Shown here piece after piece: positions 50,797-60,439 of a DNA stretch of 64,000 nt (the first letter of the stretch is position 1; every line of letters starts with the position of its first letter). The stretch is from Mobula hypostoma. Lineage: Eukaryota. The DNA lies in assembly GCF_963921235.1 (NCBI RefSeq), contig NC_086097.1, forward strand, positions 59,956,001-60,020,000. The letters are read 5' to 3'. The position numbers and the translations under genes were made by a program. The notes under the pieces are model-generated. The model was not told where the DNA came from, ran no database searches, and worked only from the letters and a program-made list of their open reading frames with translations.

Positions 50797-53700
50797 AATG
50801 GTTGGGGGGTGGGAATCAAATTAAAGAGGCTAGGCGTGAGGAGGTTAGTTCACAACAGAGGGATGGGAACCAGTGCAGAGAGACAGAGGGGTGTAAAGTG
50901 AGCGTAGAAGCAAAAAGTACAAAGGAGAAAAGTAAAAGTGGCAGGCCGACAAATCCAGGGCAAGCATTAAAAAGGGCCATTTTTCAACATAATTGTACAA
51001 GGGCTAAGAGAGTTGTAAAAGAGTGCCTGAAGGCTTTATGTGTCAATGCAAGGAGCATTCGTAATAAGGTGGATGAATTGAAAGTGCAGATTGTTATTAA
51101 TGATTATGATATAGTTGGGATCACAGAGACATGGCTCCAGGGTGACCAGGGATGGGAGCTCAACGTTCAGGGATATTCAATATTCAGGAGGGATAGACAT
51201 GAAGGAAGGGGAGGTGGGGTGGCGTTACTGGTTAAAGAAGAGATTAACGCAATAGAAAGGAAGGACATAAGCCGGGAAGATGTGGAATCGATATGGGTAG
51301 AGCTGCGTAACACTAAGGGGCAGAAGACGCTGGTGGGAGTTGTGTACAGGCCACCTAATAGTAGTAGTGGGGTCGGAGATGGTATTAAACAGGAAATTAG
51401 AAATGTGTGCAATAAAGGAACAGCAGTTATAATGGGTGACTTCAATCTACATGTAGACTGGGTGAACCAAATTGGTAAAGGTGCTGAGGAAGAGGATTTC
51501 TTGGAATGTATGCGGGATGGTTTTTTGAACCAACATGTCGAGGAACCAACTAGAGAGCAGGCTATTCTGGACTGGGTTTTGAGCAATGAGGAAGGGTTAA
51601 TTAGCGATCTTGTCGTGAGAGGCCCCTTGGGTAAGAGTGACCATAATATGGTGGAATTCTTCATTAATATAGAGAGTGACATAGTTAATTCAGAAACAAA
51701 GGTTCTGAACTTAAAGAGGGGTAACTTTGAAGGTATGAGACGGGAATTAGCTAAGATAGACTGGCAAATGACACTTAAAGGATTGACGGTGGATATGCAA
51801 TGGCAAGCATTTAAAGGTTGCATGGATGAACTACAACAATTGTTCATCCCAGTTTGGCAAAAGAATAAATCAAGGAAGGTAGTGCACCCGTGGCTGACAA
51901 GAGAAATTAGGGATAGTATCAATTCCAAAGAAGTAGCATACAAATTAGCCAGAGAAAGTGGCTCACCTGAGGACAGGGAGAAATTCAGAGTTCAGCAGAG
52001 GAGGACAAAGGGCTTAATTAGGAAGGGGAAAAAAGATTATGAGAGAAAACTGGCAGGGAACATAAAAACGGACTGTAAAAGCTTTAATAGATATGTAAAA
52101 AGGAAAAGACTGGTAAAGACAAATGTAGGTTCCCTACAGACAGAAACAGGTGAATTGATTATGGGGAGCAAGGACATGGCAGACCAATTGAATAATTACT
52201 TTGGTTCTGTCTTCACTAAGGAGGACATAAATAATCTTCCAGAAATAGTAAGGGACAGAGGGTCCAGTGAGATGGAGGAACTGAGTGAAAGACATGTTAG
52301 GAGGGAAGTGGTGTTAGGTAAATTGAAGGGATTGAAGGCAGATAAATCCCCAGGGCCAGATGGTCTGCATCCTAGAGTGCTTAAGGAAGTAGCCCAAGAA
52401 ATAGTGGATGCATTAGTGATAATTTTTCAAAACTCGTTAGATTCTGGACTAGTTCCTGAGGATTGGAGGGTGGCTAATGTAACCCCAATTTTTAAAAAAG
52501 GAGGGAGAGAGAAACCGGGGAATTATAGACCGGTTAGCCTAACGTCGGTGGTGGGGAAACTGCTGGAGTCAGTTATCGAGGATGTGATAACAGCACATTT
52601 GGAAAGCGGTGAAATGATCGGACAAAGTCAGCATGGATTTGTGAAAGGAAAATCATGTCTGACGAATCTCATAGAATTTTTTGAGGATGTAACTAGTAGA
52701 GTGGATAGGGGAGAACCAGTGGATGTGGTATATTTGGATTTTCAAAAGGCTTTTGACAAGGTCCCACACAGGAGATTAGTGTGCAAACTTAAAGCACACG
52801 GTATTGGGGGTAAGGTATTGGTGTGGGTGGAGAATTGGTTAGCAGACAGGAAGCAAAGAGTGGGAATAAACGGGACCTTTTCAGAATGGCAGGCGGTGAC
52901 TAGTGGGGTACCGCAAGGCTCAGTGCTGGGACCCCAGTTGTTTACAATATATATTAATGACTTGGATGAGGGAATTAAATGCAGCATCTCCAAGTTTGCG
53001 GATGACACGAAGCTGGGTGGCAGTGTTAGCAGTGAGGAGGATGCTAAGAGGATGCAGGGTGACTTGGATAGGTTGGGTGAGTGGGCAAATTCATGGCAGA
53101 TGCAATTTAATGTGGATAAATGTGAAGTTATCCACTTTGGTGGCAAAAATAGGAAAACAGATTATTATCTGAATGGTGGCCGATTAGGAAAAGGGGAGAT
53201 GCAACGAGACCTGAGTGTCATTATGCACCAGTCATTGAAAGTGGGCATGCAGGTACAGCAGGCGGTGAAAAAGGCGAATGGTATGCTGGCATTTATAGCG
53301 AGAGGATTCGAGTACAGGAGCAGGGAGGTACTACTGCAGTTGTACAAGGCCTTGGTGAGACCACACCTGGAGTATTGTGTGCAGTTTTGGTCCCCTAATC
53401 TGAGGAAAGACATCTTTGCCATAGAGGGAGTACAAAGAAGGTTCACCAGATTGATTCCTGGGATGGCAGGACTTTCATATGAAGAAAGACTGGATGAACT
53501 GGGCTTGTACTCGTTGGAATTTAGAAGATTGAGGGGGGATCTGATTGAAACGTATAAGATCCTAAAGGGATTGGACAGGCTAGATGCAGGAAGATTGTTC
53601 CCGATGTTGGGGAAGTCCAGAACGAGGGGTCACAGTTTGAGGATAGAGGGGAAGCCTTTTAGGACCGAGATTAGGAAAAACTTCTTCATACAGAGAGTGG

Positions 53701-53834
53701 TGAATCTGTGGAATTCTCTGCCACAGCAAACTGTTGAGGCCAGTTCATTGGCTATGTTTAAGAGGGAGTTAGATATGGCCCTTGTGGCTACGGGGGTCAG
53801 GGGGTATGGAGGGAAGGCTGGGGCGGGGTTCTGA
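50787..53834 (+). CDS. CR1 ORF2: APE endonuclease plus reverse transcriptase, uninterrupted
   Basis: Frame open from 50781; NARSIRNK, ITETW, YRPP, GDFN, SDH (APE); QHGF, DFQKAFD, GVPQGSVLGP, FADD (RT). The track start at 50802 is TTG; the first in-frame ATG is at 51432. Confidence 0.95.
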   Translation, partial: FKLEWLGGGNQIKEARREEVSSQQRDGNQCRETEGCKVSVEAKSTKEKSKSGRPTNPGQALKRAIFQHNCTRAKRVVKECLKALCVNARSIRNKVDELKVQIVINDYDIVGITETWLQGDQGWELNVQGYSIFRRDRHEGRGGGVALLVKEEINAIERKDISREDVESIWVELRNTKGQKTLVGVVYRPPNSSSGVGDGIKQEIRNVCNKGTAVIMGDFNLHVDWVNQIGKGAEEEDFLECMRDGFLNQHVEEPTREQAILDWVLSNEEGLISDLVVRGPLGKSDHNMVEFFINIESDIVNSETKVLNLKRGNFEGMRRELAKIDWQMTLKGLTVDMQWQAFKGCMDELQQLFIPVWQKNKSRKVVHPWLTREIRDSINSKEVAYKLARESGSPEDREKFRVQQRRTKGLIRKGKKDYERKLAGNIKTDCKSFNRYVKRKRLVKTNVGSLQTETGELIMGSKDMADQLNNYFGSVFTKEDINNLPEIVRDRGSSEMEELSERHVRREVVLGKLKGLKADKSPGPDGLHPRVLKEVAQEIVDALVIIFQNSLDSGLVPEDWRVANVTPIFKKGGREKPGNYRPVSLTSVVGKLLESVIEDVITAHLESGEMIGQSQHGFVKGKSCLTNLIEFFEDVTSRVDRGEPVDVVYLDFQKAFDKVPHRRLVCKLKAHGIGGKVLVWVENWLADRKQRVGINGTFSEWQAVTSGVPQGSVLGPQLFTIYINDLDEGIKCSISKFADDTKLGGSVSSEEDAKRMQGDLDRLGEWANSWQMQFNVDKCEVIHFGGKNRKTDYYLNGGRLGKGEMQRDLSVIMHQSLKVGMQVQQAVKKANGMLAFIARGFEYRSREVLLQLYKALVRPHLEYCVQFWSPNLRKDIFAIEGVQRRFTRLIPGMAGLSYEERLDELGLYSLEFRRLRGDLIETYKILKGLDRLDAGRLFPMLGKSRTRGHSLRIEGKPFRTEIRKNFFIQRVVNLWNSLPQQTVEASSLAMFKRELDMALVATGVRGYGGKAGAGF

Positions 53835-56800
53835 GTTGGATGATCAGCCATGATCATAATAAATGGCGGTGCAGGCTCGAAGGGCCAAATGGCCTACTCC
53901 TGCACCTATTTTCTATGTTTCTATGTTTCTATGAAACCATGCTGGCTTGGGCCTACCTTGCCATGCACCTCGAGGTATTTCATAACCTTGTCCTTGAGGA
54001 TTGAATCTAATAACTTTCCAAGTACTGATGTCAGACTAATAGGTCTGTAATTTTCTTTTTGCTGCGTCCCTCCTTTCTTAAAAAGCGAAACTACATTTGC
54101 GACCTTCCAGACCTCCAGAACTATGCCAGAGTCTATTGATTCCTGGTAGATCATTTCCAATGCCCCCACAATCTCCAAAGCCACCTCCTTCAGAATCCAT
54201 GGGTGCACCTCATCCGGTCCGGGAGACTTATCTATTCTTAGTCCATCTAGCTTCCCAAGCACTGTCTCTCTAGTAATCTTGACTGTACCTAATTCTATTC
54301 CCTGAGACCTCTGGCTATCAGGTATGTTACTAATGTCTTCCACTGTGAAGACTGATGCAAAATACTCATTTAGTTCCTCTGCCATCTCTTTGTTACCCAT
54401 TATAATTTCTCCAGCATCATTTTCAATCAATCCTATATCTACCCGTGTCACTCTTTTACTCTTCATATATTTTTTAAAAACTCTTAGTATCCTCTTTAAT
54501 GTTAATTGCCAACTTCCTTTCATAATTCATCTTTTCTTTCCTAATGACTTTCTTAGTTTCCTTCTGTGTTTTTAAAAGTCTTCCTGTCCTCAGTTTTCCC
54601 ACTAATTTTTGCTTCCTTGTATGCCGTCTCTTTTGCTTTTATTTTAGACTTAACCTCTCTCGTTAGCCACTTCTGTGCCATTTTTCTATTCATGATTTTC
54701 TTTTACTCTTGGAATATATTTTTCCTGCACTTTCCTTATTTCTTGTAGGAATTTCATCCAATTCTGCTCTACCGTCCCTCCATCTAGTTTACTTTTCCAA
54801 TCTACTTGGGCTAGTTCCACTCTCAGACCACTGTAATTTCCCTTGTTCCACTGAAATATCGATACACCTAATACCAGCTTCTCCTTTTCAAATTTGAAAC
54901 TGAACTCAATCATATTATGATCACTACTTCCAAGGGGTTCCATTACCTCCAGCTCCCTAATCGCCTCAGGTTCATTACTCAGCACCCAATCCAAAACATC
55001 TGATCCCCTGGTGGGCTTATGGACAAGCTGCTCCAAAAAGCCATCCTGTAGGCATTTTACAAACTCCCTCTCCTGAGATCCAGTACCTTCCTGACTTTCC
55101 CAATCCACTTTCATATTAAAATCCCCCATAATTATCTTGACATTTTCCTTCTGACACACTTTTTCTATTTCCAGCTGTAACTTGTAGTTCACATCCCGGC
55201 TGCTGTTTGGAGGCCTGTATATAACTACTATTAGTGTCTTTTTACCTTTGCCATTTCTTAACTCAACCCATAAGGAGTCTACCTCTTCTGATCCTGTGTC
55301 CCTTCTTTCTAGTGATTTGATATCATTACTTACCATCAGAGTCACGCCACCCCCTTTACCTACCTTCCTAACTTTCCTATACACTGTGTATCCTTGGACA
55401 TTCAGCTCCCAATCACATCCATCATTTAGCCATGACTCGGTGATGGCCACAATGTCATATCTTTTAACCTGTAGCTGTATAACAAGGTCATCCACTTTAT
55501 TTCTAATGCTACGTTCACTTAAGTACAATACATTTAGATTAGTATCTGTTACCGATTTTGTTATATTTCTATCGCACAGCAAATTATCCTGTCTATTCAC
55601 CTGCCTGACCTTCTTGCCATCTTTACTGCACAGTATCTTTGACTTATTTCTATTTTCCTCTTCCTTGACCCTAACATCCTGGTTTCCTTCCTCCTGCCAA
55701 CTTAGTTTAAACCCTCCCTAGCAGCTATATTAAACAATCCCGCTAGGATATTAGCACCCTTTGTGTTCAGGTGTAACCCATCATTTTTGTATAAATCACA
55801 CCTCCCCCAAAATAGTTCACAATGATCCAAGAATTTGAAGCACCAGTTACTTAGCCACACATTCATCTGCTTAAGTCTGCTATTCTTACCTTCATTAGCG
55901 CGTGGCTCAGGCAGTAATCCTGAGATTATTACTCTGGAGGTCCGGCTTTTCAATTTTATTCCTAGCTCCCAGTAATCTTCCTTCAGGACCTCCTCTCTTT
56001 TTCTGTCTATGTCATTGGTACCAACATGTACCAAGACTTCTGGCTGCTTGCCTTCTCTCCTCAGAATACTCTGGACTAGATCTGAGACATCCCGTACCCT
56101 GGCACCAGGGAGGCAACACACCATCCAGGTATCCTTGTCTGGCTCGCAATCTCTTGTCTGTTCCCCTCACTATGGAATCCCTTATAACTACTGTATTTCT
56201 CCTTGCTCTCTTGATCACGGCACTGGGCAGAGTGCCAGAGTCCCGTTCGCTGTGGTCTTCCTCTGTCAGGTCAACCTCTCCAACAGTATCTAAAACGATA
56301 TATCGATTTCTGAGGGGGACTGTCACAGAGGTGCTGTCCACTATCTCTCTATAGGTATTATCAATCACCTCCTCACTTTCCCTAATTAGCTGAAGATCAT
56401 CAAATTACAGCTCCAGATCCCTAACAATGTTTGAGCCCACTGGGGAAAACGTAATTCTGTCTTGGGCATTGTGTAATGAATCAGATTTGATTAGGGAGCT
56501 TAAGGTAGGCAATGAACATAATATGATAGAATTAACCCTAAGTTGAGAGAGAGAAGCTAAAGTCAAATGTATCAGTATTACAGTGGATTAAAGGGAATTA
56601 CAGAGGCATGAGAGAAGAACTGGCCAAGTTGATTGTTAGGGGACACCAGCAGGAGTGACAGCAGAATAGCAATGGTTGATGTTTCTGGAAGCAATGCGGA
56701 AGGCGGAGGATAGACATTTCCCAAAACAGAAGAAGTATTCTAAAGGCAGGATGGTGCTATTGTGGCTGACAAGGGAAGTCAAAGACAGCATAAAAGCAAA

Positions 56801-57267
56801 CTAGAGGCCACATGATAGAGAAAAATTAGTGAGAAGGTAGAGGATTGGGAAGCTTTTAAAAACCAACAGAAGCCAACTAAAAAAGCCACAAGGAAAGAAA
56901 AGGTGAAATATGAAAGTAAGAAAGCCAATAATATAACAGAGGATACAAGAGATTTTCTCAGGTATATAAAGAGTAAAAGAGAGATGAAAGTGAATATTGG
57001 ACTTTTGGGAAATGATGCAGGAGAAGCAGTAATGGGGGACAAAGGAATGGCAGATGAACTTGAGTAATTTGTGTCTTTTTTCACTGTGGAGGAATCTAGC
57101 AGTTTGAAAGAAATTCTAGAGTGTCAGGGAGCTTAACTGAGTGTAATTTCTATTACTACAGTGTAGGTCTGAAGGTAGATGTCACCTAGACCAAATGGAC
57201 TATACCCAGGCTTCGGAAAGAAGTTGCTGAAGAGATTGTGGAGGCATTAGTATTCATCTTTCAAGAA

Positions 57268-57920
57268 CCGATAAATGCTTTCAGTGTAATCAAGAAATTG
57301 GTACTTTTTTACATTCTACTTGGTCTTGTTTTAAAATTCAACCCTTTTGGATAAATTTAAGAGTCTTATTGGAACAAATTACTGGAACTCAACTTCCACA
57401 TAACCCTGTATTATTTCTATTAGGTGATATTGAAGGGATAAAGCCGAAACTTTAATTAAATAAATATCAGAAAGAATTTATAAAAATTGCATTGGCAGTA
57501 GCTAAGAAGACTATAGCAGTTACTTGGAAATCTGATTCGTGTTTAAGTATGAATCGTTGGAATAATGAAATGGCTAGTTCTGTTCCACTTGAAAAAATTA
57601 CTTATAATTTAAGAGATAAATATGTAACATTTTTGAATATTTGGCACCCTTATTTACGAAAGGTAGGATGGCATATTTAAGTGCTCCGATAAAGATCTTG
57701 GTCCCTTGGGGAAAGTAACAAATAAGTATACCAAATTTATTTTGAACTCCATGGAGCATGTGGAAACCTTCCAACACCCAGGCGGTTCTCCTTTGTTTTC
57801 TTCTTCTTTTTTAGGTAGGACTATATATGGGGGGGGGAGGGTTAAGGGGAGGGGGGAGGGTAGACACTATCTTTTCATGTATTCATTTTGAAAATTCAAT
57901 AAAAATTATATTTTTTAAAA
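57268..57920 (+). mobile_element. L1-clade LINE 3' fragment
   Basis: DKCFQCNQEIGTFLHSTWSC (CCHC knuckle), AKKTIAVTWK, IWHPYL; G-rich 3' UTR, AATAAA and A-rich tail; aagaa repeated at 57263-57267 and 57921-57925. Confidence 0.88.
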
Positions 57921-58199
57921 AAGAATCATTAGATTCTGGAATTGGTCCAGAGGACTGGAAAGGTGCAAATGTCACTTTAGTCTTTAAGAAGGGAGGAAGG
58001 AAGAAGATAGAAAATTATAGATCATTCAACCTGACTTCTGTTGTTGGGAAGATATTGGTGTCTATTATTAAGGATGAGGTGCTAGGTGGCACATGATAGT
58101 GTAGATCAGAGTCAGCATAGTTTTCTTAAGGGAAAATCTTGTCTGACAAATCTGTTGGAATTCTTTGTGAAATAACAATTAGGATAGACAAAGGAAAGA

Positions 58200-58558
58200 T
58201 ATATCTCCACCAAAGGAGGTGTAAGTCACTCTTTTCATCTTCTAGCCTTCAGGTCACCCATGGGCAAGGTTTAGCACGTGCTTAGCTCACCAGTCAGGGT
58301 TACATGAAGTCATGGGAGCAGGTGGTGGATAGTTGTAGGGGCAGCTGGTGCATATCACAAGTCCTGGTTATGTAACCACTGATACCAGGTGGACAATTTC
58401 TGAAGAGTATTGATAATAGCTGCGGTCACTCATCTTGTACAGGCACTGCCCAGAAGAAGCCAATGGCAAACCACTTCTGTAGAAAAGTTTGGCAAGAACA
58501 ATCAAGGTCATTGACCATGATTGCCCATGTCATATGACATGGCACATAATGATGACAA
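58200..58558 (+). mobile_element. RTE-related non-autonomous element/SINE
   Basis: gaagaagccaatggcaaaccacttctg resembles the BovB/Bov-A-type GGAGAAGGNAATGGCAACCCACTCC block; 3' gacatggcacataatgatgac matches the RTE tail at 34724-34744. Confidence 0.7.
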
Positions 58559-58879
58559 TGGACATAGGATAGCTCTGGGCCTGTACTCACTGGAGTTTGG
58601 AAGAATGAGGGAGGCTTTCATTGAAACTTATCTAATACAGAAAGGCCCAGATAGAGTGCAAAGGATGTTTATTATAGTGCGGGATTCTTGGATTAGAGCG
58701 CACAGACTCAGAATAAAGTGAATCTATTTAGAACAGAGATGAGGAGGAATTCTTCAGCTAGAGGGTGGTGGATCTGTGGAATTCATTACTTTGGAGGTCA
58801 AATCAAAGCGGTTATTGATAGGTTCTTGATTAATCAGGGCGTCAAAAGTTATGGGAAGAAGGCGGAAGAATGGGGTTGA

Positions 58880-59082
58880 TTAATTAATTATCCTCCTGTG
58901 CCTCACTGGTACATTGAACATAAACCATGCCATTTCTTTGTTTGTCTGTTTAATGAGGCCAAGTTGCTAGCTTGACACTCAACCCAGCATGGATGGAAAG
59001 CGTGTAAGGAACTGACCGGATTGAAACTGGAGACCACTCGCCCCGAAGTCTGGTGCAGATGCTACTACCCCACCAGACAGCT
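58880..59082 (-). mobile_element. tRNA-derived SINE
   Basis: Minus strand tggtggggtagtag (A-box) and agtttcaatcc (B-box); flanked by agaatggggtt / agaattggggtt. Confidence 0.7.
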
Positions 59083-60439
59083 TAGAATTGGGGTTAAGAG
59101 GGATAATAAATCAGCCATTATGGCATGGTGGAGCAGACATGATGGGCCGAATGGTTAATCCTCCTCCTACGTCTTATGATCTTATGGTATTGACTCTATT
59201 CTTTTTCCACTTGATCATTTCTTTCAGTTTGCCAAACTCAGAAAATAATTTCATACTTACCAAATGATTTTTGATTTTCTATGTCATCTTGTTAGCTGAG
59301 ACTGGTTTCTTAAAATATCTCACAATGACAGCAAACACTCACAGGAATCCATCAGCTGAATTTCCTTCTCACTGAAACAACACCAAGAAGCAGCAACAAA
59401 TGATATTGTGGGCTGCTTCTTTAATGATACAATGAAGGCGCGCAAGTAAATAGATACAAAGATTCCTCTTTCTATCTGATGAAGTTATGAAGGGAATTCA
59501 GAAACAGCTTTGACCAAATTCCTCCTCTGACAGATTCACGTTGTGCCTTTCCACCACAGCACCCTCATACCTGTCTCATACTTGCATCATGGATAGACTG
59601 GATTGCACAACCTCTCCTAATTTCCATTTATAATATTAGCTTTGCGATGCGCAACTAAACTTTCTGATGAATATGAATACCTCTTAATATATTTTGTTAA
59701 GAATGTGAGGTGAACAGGAATTGTGGGGCAGAAGCTGCTGTCAGGTAAAAATTCATGAAGAGTGTAAGTATCTGACCCTTAGCAATTTTTAACTTTATGC
59801 TAATTGACATCTTCTTGAAAGTAGTAAAGAGTGAAAGTAGATACTGGCAGAGTAAATATTTGCATAATGTCAGTTAAAGAATTTCCACAATAACTCATAT
59901 GAAACACTAATGGAGTGTATTTTAAGTTTTGTACAACCTGATTAAATTATATAATGCTAGATGTTTTAAAGGAACGTGTTTGAGTTACTAGCTACAGCAT
60001 ACTCTTATCAGAGCTGTCATGTTTGTTCCTTGCTTTCTATTACAGCAAATATAAAATAATAAATTTGCAGTGTGAAACAGGAAAAACGGACACATGCTCA
60101 ATGCATTGTTGATCACATCATTTTAACCTTATCAACAAATAAAGATGTTGACAATATTGACCTTTAAGATGAAAAGCATGGACATGGCTTTCTGTAATTT
60201 CAATAAAGCAGTATTTGTGAGATAAGATATCAGTGCTAAACACAAATTAACTCCAAATGTCGATAATAGTCCTTGGTGCCCACTGATGCATAGTAACACC
60301 AGATGTCCCTGCAGTACGCTGGCCTCATTTGGTAATGGAATTTGTTTTGTTTAATGGACAAAAGTTTTGATTATGCATTTATTTTGTTCTGTTGTCAATT
60401 CAGGTCTCAGTCAAACTTGCAACAAATTAGTGAGATTCT

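Larger units (their letters stand above)
50310..53933 (+). mobile_element. Young CR1 LINE, 5'-truncated within ORF1, with intact ORF2
   Basis: Begins in (GD)SIVRGSDRRFC and ends in (TTCTATGT)n; removing it rejoins host codons GPSQHGF-M-KRRSCLTNLL. Confidence 0.96.
49055..56427 (-). mobile_element. Near-full-length CR1 LINE (ORF1 esterase, APE, RT; frameshifted), split by a younger CR1
   Basis: ORF1 pieces 55702-56368 (RDSIVRG, HVGTND, DGLHLN); APE 54686-55600; 53931-54523; RT 49512-50309; tcttgtga tail at ~49055-49070. Confidence 0.93.
48940..59187 (+). mobile_element. Old CR1 LINE, outermost layer of the nest (pieces 48940-49054, 56428-57267, 57921-58198, 58565-58880, 59083-59187)
   Basis: DGFL*QLV ...tgtgtt resumes as tgtttgagcccact (FEPT) after 56427; tcaagaa resumes as aagaatcattagattctgg after the L1 insert. 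Confidence 0.8.

Noticed and set aside
51167..51943. 258-aa minus-strand ORF and similar antisense ORFs (13697-14365, 52742-53146, 55248-55721)
   Set aside because: Antisense shadows of CR1 ORF2 with no independent protein motifs
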